Source: Balanoglossus misakiensis (lineage: Eukaryota; Animalia; Hemichordata). From it: a DNA stretch of 64,000 bases. Location of the stretch: NCBI GenBank assembly GCA_040954595.2, contig CM082588.2, positions 8,354,844 through 8,418,843 of the forward strand, read 5' to 3'. The notes under the pieces are model-generated. The model was not told where the DNA came from. It did no database searches and saw only the letters and a list, made by a program, of their open reading frames with translations. Shown piece by piece: positions 1-11,581 of the stretch. Within the stretch, counting starts at the first letter, position 1. Each line of letters starts with the position of its first letter. The translations under genes and the position numbers were made by a program.

Positions 1-38
1 CAACGGATGGATGGATATGTTGCAGATAACTGCATTAC

Positions 39-3000
39 CTTCAATGTTTTTGTCTACAGGTGGCACAATTGTAGTTTTCGTTTCCTGAAGTTCATCGATA
101 GTCTGACGTAACTGTCGGACGTTGTCTTTCAGCTTGGTATTTGTCGTGAGTAGTTTGGAACTTTGAGTTTCACTGCTTTCCAGCATTTCCTTCAGAAGCC
201 CACGTGACTGCTCACTTTCTTCACTTTTCCCCTTAAGGATCGTATATTCCATCTTCTTGGATTGTAGCAGTTCTCGAATCTCCTTGATTTCGTTAAAGAG
301 CGAAGTGATGACAGAGAGATAGTTGTCTGTCGAGATTTGTTCCAAAACACGAGCAGCTCCTTCTTTTGAAAAAGATTCCGCCAGAATCTTGTCCGACTCT
401 TTCGTGCCAGTGTTCAAGATGTTGACGCCATTTTGATTGACGAGTCTCTTCAGTTCTGATGAAATGTTATTAAACATAGTTTATAGCAAAATGTTATTTA
501 TGATCTATGATGTAATCCCCTTTGCAATTAATTGGTCGGAGGCCGTGGAATGCAAATAAATGGGCACTATCTATTTTACTTCACGCTCGATGTGCAAATC
601 AATGGCAGAATTGTACAGACCTATCTTTAAAATACTTCAACAAGCAGCCAACTAAACCAAAACATTCCCTTTAGAACAAATTTCAGCAGCAAGCTTATTT
701 ATTCTGATTAGTTGAATAGACTATTGTTTGGCCAAATTCCCTGTCTAAATGTTTGTGAACACTAACCTTCTCTTTCATATCTGAATGTCTCTCCCTCTGG
801 TAAGGTGATCGAAGACATCTGTTGGCTATCCAAAATCAAACACCGTCTGATTCCAAGGACACCAAGAACTTCTGGCCGTTCATCCAACAACGAAGACAAC
901 TGTAGAGGGTGCTGTATTTTTATCAACAGGACGATTGGTGTCTGTGTGTCTCCCACATCAACATCTATCTCAGCTTCCAAAGTGCCGGAACCACCAAGTA
1001 GTTTTGATAAACCGATTCTGTTTTGGCGTGTGGCATAGACAGACCTGTCAGTCTCCACGGCAACAACTGCGCTCTTGTCATCTACATTCACAAACGACAC
1101 AGAGAAAGGCTCAATAAATGATATGTATTCTCATAAAAGAGAATTTTTCAACAGAATTGTTTCTCCTGCTTGAATTCTGAAGTGCCTATGAAAAGAAAAC
1201 TGCACACTCATAGCATGTCAGCTAGAAACAAAAGCAGTCACAGAAACACTCAACTTGAAAAATAAGTCTTGCCCTATGCTGTCATATCCATAAATAGTAA
1301 TTACCTTGTTTAGTCAACATTTCTCCAGGTTCTGTACACTTTTCTCCACACAAACCACAGACCTCAGAAGATTTCACTTCCGGTACATAGCCTATCAAGA
1401 TTAAAGTTACGAATTCGTCATCTCATGACATATATTCTTGATATTAATTTGCAATGTTAACAATGATCCATAAGAACTTGATTGTACAAGTGAAAAGTTT
1501 TATAAGGGGTCGGTTCGTTTTGGCTAAAGTGCAATGCATTTACATGAATCTCTTTCAAATAGGCCTTAGGCATGGATACAGGAACTTGCACGTACACGTA
1601 TTCTGCTGAAAAAAACACACAACACAGATACGAGTCTAGAACTGAAATAAACCAAAGGTTTCAGGTAAAATCCTTCAATTCAAACGAATACACAATGTTC
1701 GGCAACATTAACTAAATTGTTAAAATATTAGACTTGCCTTCCTTGAAGTACTTCAATTCTGCCAGACATAGTTGATATCTCCATGTCTCTATGGTTGTCT
1801 TCAGGTTAACGTCAGATACATTGAGTTTGTGGAGCAATTCGGGTGTGATCATGTCTGCCTTAAACAGATCTCCCAGTATCCCTTGCCTGTAGTCACGCCA
1901 TAGTCTCTCCACTGACTTTGATGTCTGGCAAGTCAATACAACATTTACACTACCCCGCTTAATTTCTTCAATTTGTATGTTTCCAACACTGTTGAGATGC
2001 TCTTTGACTTTTGGTAAATCGTTTCCAGAGCTGCTGTTGTTGATGATCTCGTTTTCGATGAGTTCAACCTGGTCTGGAGTCAAGGTTGGACCAGACACCT
2101 TAAGCTTGACTACGATTTCTCCTGAAATAACATACAATGAGTACATTGTATTAGAATTGACATGTGTTGTACAGGATTCGAAGCAAGACCAATCACAAAA
2201 TTTCAAGGACTAAATCCACATCCGCAATGGATGTTTTAATTGCCCAGATAAGAATTAAGCGAGTCCCTATTAACTTGATCTAAACACAACACACAAACAA
2301 TACAAACAAACAAACAAACAAACACAAAACAAAACAACACAAAACAAAACAAACGCATAGACGAACATTTCCATTGCTCAACATGTGGAGAGACATCCTC
2401 GGGTACAAATGTGTTCTTAATTCAAACCTCATTTTGTTTCATTACACAATTGTATTCTACATCATATATTGGCAAATGCATCATCCAATTATATGACGAA
2501 CGATACAATAACAAGTATACAGGGACGAGTGAATATGAGCAACTATAGTTCCGTGCGTTAGCTCTCTGTGCAGGGGCCACATGAACTATTTCATTTGGTT
2601 TCCAATTTGAATATTGAATGAATATTGTTTTATAAGGACAGACAAGTAAATTTCACTAGGCGTACAAATGTACCCAATCAGCACCCTTACCCAGATTCGA
2701 GTTGAGAGTGTGTTGAACTTCATGCGTCTGTCCACTGTCAGGATTTTGCTGGCCACCTTCACCATTATTCAGATCACCATTTTTGGACTCGTTGTTGCTA
2801 GGGACATCTTGAACCTGCTTTTCTGCTTGGCTGCCACCAGAATTCACGGTTTGTTGGTCTTTAAGTGTTTCCTCCTTACCTAGTGCATAATAAAAATACT
2901 ACAACTTACAAAACTTGATTTTAGCTGTAATTTATTTATAAAACAGACTATCAATTCACCCAACAGCTGTAATATTTCTTAAGGTGACCATCATTTATTA

Positions 3001-4365
3001 CACTGTTTTGATTCACTTTAACGAACACATTTACCGTAGCCGTTAACTGGCAACACGTGATTCTGTTATCTGTTACCCTTCTATCTATTTGCATTTACCT
3101 TTGGGGGGCTCTTCTACTGGGTCGTCACAATCCCCAGGACAAGCAACACAACCAATGAGTTTCGTTTGGTTGTAAGATATAACACCATCCTCTGCCGATT
3201 TATGGAGTGCTGACTGCAATTCCTGTGATGTTTTCTTGGCGCGACCATATTCACTCAGAATCTCCATGATAGCACGTGCCCACTTTTCACTTCCGCTGTC
3301 AACATTTTCGTTTGGGCCCACGTCACAGTACGGTACACCAAATAAGGGGAAGTGTTCTTTTGTGAAGTTTGCGAAACCTGATTGCCTTGGCTGTACAGTG
3401 GGCACACCAGCAGCGCAGGATAGAAGACCAATCACACCAAATGGGTCGCCTTTAGTTGTGAAGTTTACCAGGATGTCACACTGTTTCAAGTCTTTCTTTA
3501 ACTGGTCTATCGATGTGTCGTTTGGATATAAATTGATCACTAACCAATCTGACTTCGCCATCGTCTCCAGCTGCTGCTGAATCTTCTTACATGATGTAGA
3601 CACTAAAAGTCCTTTGAACTTCCACTTTATTTTTCTTGCATAAAAGCTGTTGATGTAAGCAACCTTCTCCATGCCACGAGCTGCTGCTTGGAATTCCTCC
3701 AGATCTTGTAGGTTTGAAATCGTGTGTACAGATAAGACTTCAATAGTCTTACTTAAGTCTCTTTTGTTGAGCGAAATCTCGTCTACATCTTTCTTCATCC
3801 AAGGGATGTACAGAACATTCTCCACTTGTGAGTCTAGCAGAGCTCGAATCTTCATCTTCAACTCCTCATGTACTGTTGGTCCAACAGATAAAATGACAGA
3901 GGACGTCTCTGCATATTCCAGCATTTCATCATCTTTTGCAGCCAAGTCTAAAGGATCAAGGTTCATGTTTTCCGGTGTGTCAGAATAGACAGGAACAAAG
4001 TCCGCAGATGGGAAAACATTCGCTTGAATACTCCTTGCTGTACTGGCAGTTCCATCCTTACAAGCAGTACCGTATATGGTCGTAATTGGGCGATATTTCT
4101 TTAACTGTTGAAAATAGTGTTCGTGTAAAATTAACCAATCACTTGTCGGCTTCCCCTCTTTGATTGGGAGAATCAGCTCCACTCCATGACGCCTTGCTTC
4201 TTCAACTTCTTTGTCAGAAGCCTGTAACGCCATGAAGTAAACCTGGTTGTTTCCACCAGCAAGATCGATGGCCAATTGTCTCTCAGTAAGACATGTTGCA
4301 ATATTGCGACTTCTCGGCCACCACTCCTCTCCGACAACCAACAAACGATTCTTCACCTTTGCCAT
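39..4365 (-). CDS. Array copy 1 (partial, C-terminus outside window): GT4-like glycosyltransferase - linker - TRADD-N-like - CxxC mini-exon - domain X - coiled coil
   Basis: Exons 4365-3099, 2879-2691, 2121-1738, 1391-1305, 1081-767, 455-39. All have AG acceptors and GT donors (one GC), with phase-1 junctions and internal lengths divisible by 3. Paralogous to copies 2-4. The last donor (G|gtaatg) splices beyond position 1. Confidence 0.8.
1738..2121 (-). CDS. TRADD-N-like domain exon, copy 1
   Basis: 'IQIEEIKRGSVNVVLTCQTSKSVERLWRDYRQGILGDLF...LHKLNVSDVNLKTTI...Y..C..EL' matches the invertebrate TRADD-N-like pattern (GS-hydrophobic strand, LW.DY..G.L). 384-nt phase 1-1 exon. Confidence 0.7.
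2282..2352. repeat. (CAAA/CAAAA)n microsatellite in intron
   Basis: Direct reading of aaacaaacaaac... tract. Confidence 0.9.
3099..4365 (-). CDS. GT4/GT-B glycosyltransferase-like domain exon, copy 1 (422 aa)
   Basis: N-terminal 'RLLVVGEEWW...QLAIDLA' beta-alpha unit and C-terminal 'CDILVNFTTKGDPFGVIGLLSCAAGVP', which aligns to the GT4 'D-x-x-V-x-P-S-x-x-E-x-F-G-x-x-x-x-E-A-M-A-A-G-V-P' signature. The ORF-track GTG start lies in the intron; the ATG follows the acceptor ctcaattag|AA. Confidence 0.8.
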
Positions 4366-4560
4366 TTCTAATTGAGAATAAAATATGTTCGTGTTTATAG
4401 AGTTATCGGGGAATATTTCCACGGCTCATAGAAAGAGGAATGCTATGGAAGGTACAATCATTATTACTGCAGACTCCTTGGCCTGCTACTCGGTGGACTG
4501 TCTGTCTCACAAAGCTCCGAGTGAGTGATAATATTTTGGATTCGCCGAAACAGTGGATGT

Positions 4561-4882
4561 TATAACACACCGTGCAGTGAGCCCTCCATCGTGATTCGTC
4601 AAAACACCGTCACGTGACCTTAGTCATTTCGAACTGTTCTCTAGGGCATCAGTTCGATCGGTTTCTGCCCGGTACTGTTGCCCCGTCTTTATATAATTCC
4701 GTGTTTGGTGTGTTACAAAACACATGATGACTGACATATTCGGGCAACAGTGTATTTTTGATGACCTCAGGACTGCCCTCGACCTATGCTCTCGGGAAAA
4801 AAAGACTGTTTTAGTTGTGACTAGCAGTGCCCTCGGACATCAAAATACACTGTTGCTCTCATTGTCAGTCATCATGTGTATA
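4561..4882. mobile_element. Two adjacent small inverted-repeat elements (MITE-like), about 4561-4717 and 4720-4880
   Basis: tataacacacc...ggtgtgttaca and acacatgatgactgaca...tgtcagtcatcatgtgt hairpins. The segment is absent at the paralogous sites near 16603, 36752 and 60601. Confidence 0.6.
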
Positions 4883-7800
4883 TTGTAATGGACATACGTG
4901 TTGATACACGAAACATTTAAAACCCAGCTTTTCTTAAATATGGTAAATGAATAGGAAAGGTCGCAGGGCACTATTTTGAGGTCTTGATATATTATAACAT
5001 GGCACTTTATAAGTCGCCTGTTCGTTTGTCTTAAATTCTACTATTAATAATTTTGTCAACCCATTTGGTAAGAATATGTGTTGCATGTGTAATGCCGTTT
5101 AAGTCGCTGTTGCCAGCAAAATAAAACTGGCATTTTCTCCAGGTGATATGAATATGAGATAAAATAGTCCCTGCTGAAAGAGTGTTAAAGTGAAGACTTT
5201 TCTTTTTTTTTGAATTCGCGTTTCTATCACGACCAATACTAAAAAACTGCATTGATACATCGCAGTACTGTGCGTTGTAAACACGTCACCGGTATCTTCA
5301 TGAGTACATATGCAAATGACAATAACATGGAACTACTTTCTACTTGTAAACATTGAACGCCATGAATGCTAGAGCAGTGCATTATGACCAGTGAAACGCG
5401 GTGATTATATCATTATTTGGTTTGTTATATGCTTGATCCTACCAACTCTCTTCAGTAGAATAACATATTTAGTTGTCGACCTTAAAACAACGAAGGTTAC
5501 TCGTTATCGCCAGTTTTCTAGAATTGCAGATGCAATCTCTCGCTGGCGACACAGAATAACTGACCCAAGATGACCTCATTTGCATACCAATGACTACGTA
5601 ACTTGGCTAAAAAAAACAGACCGTCGGCGGGTTGCTTATGACTGTTGCGTCAATCTACATAAAATCAAGATGAAACGATCGAAACTTTCAATTTTCGTCA
5701 ATTTTCGAGACAATAATAATAACAGACTTCCATGCCATCTGCATACTTTTTGTGTGGACGGTACAGAAGTGACTCGCTCTGCCAGTCCATATATATTTTC
5801 ACCATAGAAAACAGTAGCATTGAGGAGTGCAAGAAAAGTGCTGACTCAGCATTGTCCATAAGGTTTTAGACCATCTTATTTAAAACATGTTGCATAGGAA
5901 CACCCAATTTCTCTCTATTTTTGTTATAAAAATTCATTGATATAAAATATATTTTAAAAACAAGAAAATTACGATATTATAAAATATGGAAAATTAAGCA
6001 TCGGCGGCCATTTGAGTAAAACCTTAAAAAATTAAACATATCTGTTCCACAGATTTTGGTAGATTTTTAATATTTTATTAAGGAGATTCAATATTACAGA
6101 AAACCGTTGATAAACCTTTTGTTGCATTTTAGGGTAAGGTCCTTTTATTTCAAAAGTACAGCAAACTATTAGGACGGACGCAGTATTGTTGATTCAAATC
6201 CATACTCTGGTTCATTCGAGGTCACCACCCCCTAAGCGACAATGCGTCATCGACCTCCTGTGCAAACAACCAGAAAGAGGTCAGCGATATACACAAAAGG
6301 TTTCTCACTCAATTGTGGCATTACAAAAGTGAAAGAATGTGAAGTGAAAAAGAAGTCCAACGCTCGACTGTCAAATAGTAAAGAATGCGAACATTTATGG
6401 AAGACTCAGGTCCAAGGTCATTAGTATTACATTAGTAGCATTGCTCGAAATTCTGTCGATAAATTCACAGTGTGTACAACAAAATTGACGTCAATTTGTT
6501 GATTTAAAAGGTCAACTGAGTTCAGACCAACCTCCCACAAACAGAAAAAACTGTGCAGATCATGTTAATGACGAGGAAGTACAAAATTATATAACTTTCT
6601 TCAAGTCTTAAACGACCCTAAACTTCCAATTCCACATTTCAAACTAGAGGACAAGTAAGTTTACGTGTCCCCGGCAGTATACCATTAGTTGTATACGTTT
6701 TACCCAACATTGAAATGTATTTTACCCAACCGTTTGAAATGTGTTTCTCATTTCTTGAACTCAGTCGACACACATTGCAGCTACATTTTCTGTACTGAAA
6801 TCATATTGCACTCTCCCAACTTTAAGATTGTGAACGGCCTGGCCTTAAAAGTTTAGTTTCTCTTTTGCAGACTCATTGTCCAGGTTAGCTGTTCTGCCCG
6901 TAGGGGGGGGGGGTGCGAGACTTGCCACATTTCCTCCTCCCGGCGGAACAGCTGCGTTTTCACAGCTAGGTCCAGGTGTTACTTACCTGTCGATTTGCAC
7001 AGAATCGTGATTCGGTTTAATAGGACGTCCTCCCTTTGTGATTAAATGTTCCCAAGAGTGTCAGTCACATCAAGTGAACGCGAGAAATGTGATTCACGGG
7101 TGAACATTTACCGTGTTGTTGACTCGTACAGATTGCGGAAAAGAACAGAAACTAGCCCCGATATATAGCGACGCCATTGGTGCCAAGCCAAGTCTGACCA
7201 AAACGAGGCTGGTTGCTAGGTCACTCGTGACAGGGCATATCAGGGCGTTTGAAGCATAGACAGTAGATCTAGGGGTGGGGAGATGTCTATGTGTGAAGTC
7301 TTTTTTACAACAAGTGAATCGGACATGTGTGGGGGAGGTGAGCAAGGTAGAGAGGGTGGACGTTGACCGTGAGTTTCCCTTATTGTCTCCCCTTTGTGAA
7401 TCTCCAAATAAGGAGATTTGATATAAAATCTATAGGCCTATGCAACTCTGTATGAATTATGATCACTGTTTACGTCTTTTTTGTGGGATATTTCATGTGA
7501 AATATAGATCGATTCAATATATGAACTAAGTGAATAAATTTAAAACATAACGCAAACTGCGCAAAATAGTGGTCGTGACATTTTTATCTAAACCAATGAT
7601 ATTTATTTTACTTAAAATCATAAACGTTGTTTCTTTTACTAAAACATGCTGTATTGATAACACTTTACTAAGGTTTTTATCATATGGCTTGGGCACTTTC
7701 AACAAAAAGCTGCTTTTGATATATACAAGAAAAATAACAAGATGGGTAAACGTTATAGACCACAGCTAGATGAAATAAAATCTTTGATCATAAAACCACC

Positions 7801-9624
7801 TTGCTATTATGTGTTTACCTCAACATTGATTCTGTCGCCCAGTTTTGTTTACAAAATCTCAATCAATTTGACATCAGAGCAGAACGTTTTCTATTCTGTG
7901 TCATTAAATTTTACAAATATCATCAAATAAACGCATAATCTTATGACTGTACAAGAAATGGCGTGACATGAAAATTACATTACATTGTATTTGTTTTCAA
8001 ATTACATCACTGTATGAAAGAAAAGTCAAAAATTTCGCCATAGATCACCATGATTGTTTTATCACTATATAGAAGAAGTTCACATTTAGTGTTTATTGTC
8101 CTAACTGGATATCTTGAATAACATGAAAGTTTCTGTGCAAATAAATGCAATACAACAAACGCGACAAAACAAATAAGACAATACACCCTGCACCAGACCT
8201 CAAAATGAACCAATGACAATCGAGATATTTACTCTGAAAACCAATCATATCAAACTGTTGCCAAAACAGGCAATGAACAAATTGGTACTGCGACACTATA
8301 GTTTACACCACAAGAAAACTGCTGATGGTAGCTATGATGTGTCACACGGAAAACTCAATATGTCACACATCACATTCTTTAGTTATCTGAAATGTTCAAA
8401 TACTAGTAGTATGGTACAATGGGTATGACTGATCAAATACTTTACACTTGCGTGTCATTATCTTTTCAAACTTGAAAATCCCAATTACCGCCAGCCATCG
8501 AAATACACTCACTGAATTGTAAACCACCGATCGTTGGTCTACAGCATGTGGATAGAAAAATGTACAACATGGCAAAGAACAGTAAGGGCTTACAAGAAGA
8601 GTATACGAATCTGCAGAGGGCGCTATTTTCTCCTGTACCCAAACTCAACAAGAGTGGACACAGCTTTCCTTTCAAATGAGTCGTGATACCTTTTGTCATC
8701 TCTTTGTTCTTACATTTTGCTGAAAATGAAAATTTTCTGTGACAAAATGAATTTCTTTAAAGTAAAGTATTATTTTTTTTTTGCAATTTTTAAAACATAT
8801 GCATCATTCTAAAAATTGAAAAAACAACAACAGTTGAACACATTCTACAACTGTACGGACACAAAAGAAAACTATCTGCATATTGGCGAAATAAATCCAA
8901 AAGTAACGAACCGTGCAACCACAAAAAACTAATTCAAATTCATCTCCTGTAGAGCACACACGTGGTTATATGACAAACAATTTATATATCCACACACACA
9001 AAATTTACTGTGTTATAGGGAAAGCCAAATAACAAAGCCAAATAACAAACTGTAAATAATATATATATAACGCTTGGAAACATTGAAAGCTCGAATTGCC
9101 AGTTTTCAAGACAACTCCAAAATGTTGCGAACAGTCAGAATGAACATTTCAGGAAACATTTCTAAAATAACACTTTTCACTGCAGTGTATGCAATTGGTT
9201 GAAAAGTGACGTAAGCAACCACAAGATCATTACAAATAATTCGTAAAACACACGGTAATGACACATCCCTCCATTGTTGATAGAAAACGATGTATGCTCA
9301 CTAATTTGACTGACCAAGCCACTTTCCCCAGCTATACTCAAAGCCACATATGAACGTGCACATTATTGTGAACTTTCAATCTTTGAAGGATGGGTTTCGG
9401 TTGATTGGAACGTACAAAATTCATGACAAACATATTATTACTATGAACAAACAATATTAGGCAAAGTTACTGAAATGACATTCATTTTGCTGACGGAGGC
9501 CTGTAGTTGGTTATCATGCTTGAGGCTCTCAGGAAATCGTTCTTTTTTGGTATCCCTAAAAAAATTATTTCGTCACTTTCTAATCAGTAATTTTCTTTAC
9601 TGCTGATTACAAGTTAAATTAGTT

Positions 9625-9897
9625 TTATTCCTGTTCAGATAACCTTGCTTTGTCCTCCTGTGCATACTTGGCCCATTTATACTCCTGACCACAGGCTTCT
9701 GTTATGTTTAGGTATTTCAGTGCATTGGCAGAGTCAATTTGTGCTTGGTAAACACGGGCAAGACTATAACATGCCCATAGTATTTAATATAGGTCACGGA
9801 GGGTGCTGATCAGATGGGTATACATTTCACATGCATCACTGTAGTTATTCAATAATGTGAGGACATGAACCATGAAAAGAGATGCGATGGGATACAA
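9625..9897 (-). pseudogene. Degenerate tandem duplicate of the last TPRs of the IFIT-like exon
   Basis: Reads LYPIASLFMVHVLTLLNNYSDACEMYTHLISTLRDLY*ILWACYSLARVYQAQIDSANALKYLN..., homologous to about 9985-10210, with one in-frame TAA. Confidence 0.8.
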
Positions 9898-9910
9898 TTA
9901 GTAATTTTCT

Positions 9911-11581
9911 TTATTGCTGATTGCAAAATTGGACCCGTTTCTTTTGTTGAGGGGGCTTTGTTTTCGCTTCCCGTGCCATTTTAGCCGAGGCATACTCCAG
10001 ACCACACTCTTCTGCTTTGTTTAGGTATTTCAGTGCATTGGCAGAGTCGCCTTTTGCTTGGTAAACGTGGGCAAGACAATAACACGCCCATGATATGTAG
10101 AATGGGTCACGGAGGGTGCTGATCAGATGGGTATATATTTCACATGCATCACTGTACTGTTTCAAGTGTGTGAGGGCAACGGCCTTCAAGATAGAAGCAG
10201 TGGGATACAAACCACCTGCATATGCAACTGCTTTGTCGGAACACTCTATGGCTTTTAGCAGGCACTGACGATTGCTTTCTATCGGATTGTGTTCGTATTT
10301 GGCCGCGTATGTGACTCCTAGGTTCCACGCGAAATATGGATTGTCTGGATCTTGTGCCGCAGCATTGTGAATAACTCGCTGTGCTTTTTCGAAGTCTCCA
10401 ACATTGCTGTGGCAGTAATAAAGACGTGCAAAAACCACCGTGAAATTGGATAAAGGGGTTAATTCGAGTGCTTTCTGAATGAGTTGACCTGCTTCTTCAT
10501 AGCGACCTTCATCGAGTGACAGATTACTTAAAAGTGCCAAAGCATAGCTGTGATTGGCATTTTTCTTAAGAACTCTCTCAAGCAAATTTCTTTCTTGTGC
10601 CATTATTTGTAAAGCTTCCTGACATTTTGAATCTCCATAGACACGAGCACGTTTTGCTAAAAGAATGAATGCTTGCCAAAGCATCCAGTCTGTTTGTTCT
10701 GGAAGTTCTACTAAAGCACGATCAAAGCTATCAATTGCCTCATCACACGTTTTTTTGTGAAAATAAGCAAGAGAGACACCCTTGTGAGCATATACATACG
10801 CTTTCTGTTTCCCTGACAATTTCTCAAGTGACAAAGTTGCTATCAACTTAAGCAATTCATCAACTCTGTCCATCTCACCCGACATGAAATGAACCCATGC
10901 TTTATCTGCAAGAAGAACCAACTTATCACCAAGTGGACCATCGTCGTCACCATCACAGCTGTCAAGTTCTTTCTGGTTGTCGGTGAGGGCGTCATCAAAC
11001 CACTTCAAAGCGGCACTTGGATCTCTCTTGTCTTCCGATCTCAGTTTTGACAAGTACATGTAACCTTTCATGGCTTTATGGGGAACTGGAGAGAACACCT
11101 GGTTGTGATGTTTAAGTCTGTCGTCCAATCTGCACTGTAAGAACTACAGTACATGGAAAGGCATGTTACAGTGTCATGTGAAAACCCAGGTGCTTGTACA
11201 GATGCTTTGTTGGTATTTTATTGATTGTTAAAAAGGTAGCTAAAAACGATAAGATCTCACGTCATACGAGCGCTCACGCTATGTTCGGGCCTATACCCCA
11301 CTGACACATAAACGGATATTTTTATGTTTCAATTTGCGTCATTATTAACATCTGAGAGGAATACACATTTCTTTGGTTTTCGTGACATTTCAACAAGTCA
11401 GATACAGCTGCTATGAACCGCTTTAAAATTTCATAAACCTATACTTCAAATACGCAAATAAATGTCCTCACCTCAAGACTCTCATCACAAAATTCTTCGA
11501 GTTTCCAGGTAAAGTGGCAGGGAAACCTCTGCAGTATTTCTTCATAGGACTTTGCTGTATGCTTCAATCCCGTGTGTGTAA
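9911..11581 (-). CDS. IFIT-like (interferon-induced tetratricopeptide repeat family) TPR module, two exons
   Basis: Carries the IFIT hallmark 'LQRFPCHFTWKL' (vertebrate IFITs have CHFTW) and 'LVLLADKAWVHFMSG' (cf. LVTxGNxAWVYYHMG), followed by multiple TPRs (e.g. 'YEEAGQLIQKALELTP'). Confidence 0.8.

Noticed and set aside
805-1038. Recurrent plus-strand ORFs (805, 12907, 31238, 55009 and those opposite the GT exons)
   Set aside because: Antisense shadows of conserved minus-strand exons, with no independent coding signal.
1095-1190. In-frame TGA upstream of exon X (possible selenocysteine or readthrough) after an apparent acceptor at about 1186
   Set aside because: The phase-compatible acceptor is tag|AT GAC at 1081. 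The upstream stretch has indels and TAA in other copies, so it is intronic.
3085-4422. Reading the GT ORFs as prokaryotic mshA-like genes or an operon
   Set aside because: Consistent spliceosomal introns, LINEs and microsatellites show the DNA is eukaryotic. The GTG starts and terminal stops in the ORF track are intronic.
5300-5700. Octamer (ATGCAAAT) and GAAA-rich motifs upstream of the GT exons
   Set aside because: Short motifs expected by chance in AT-rich DNA; their recurrence is explained by the duplication itself.
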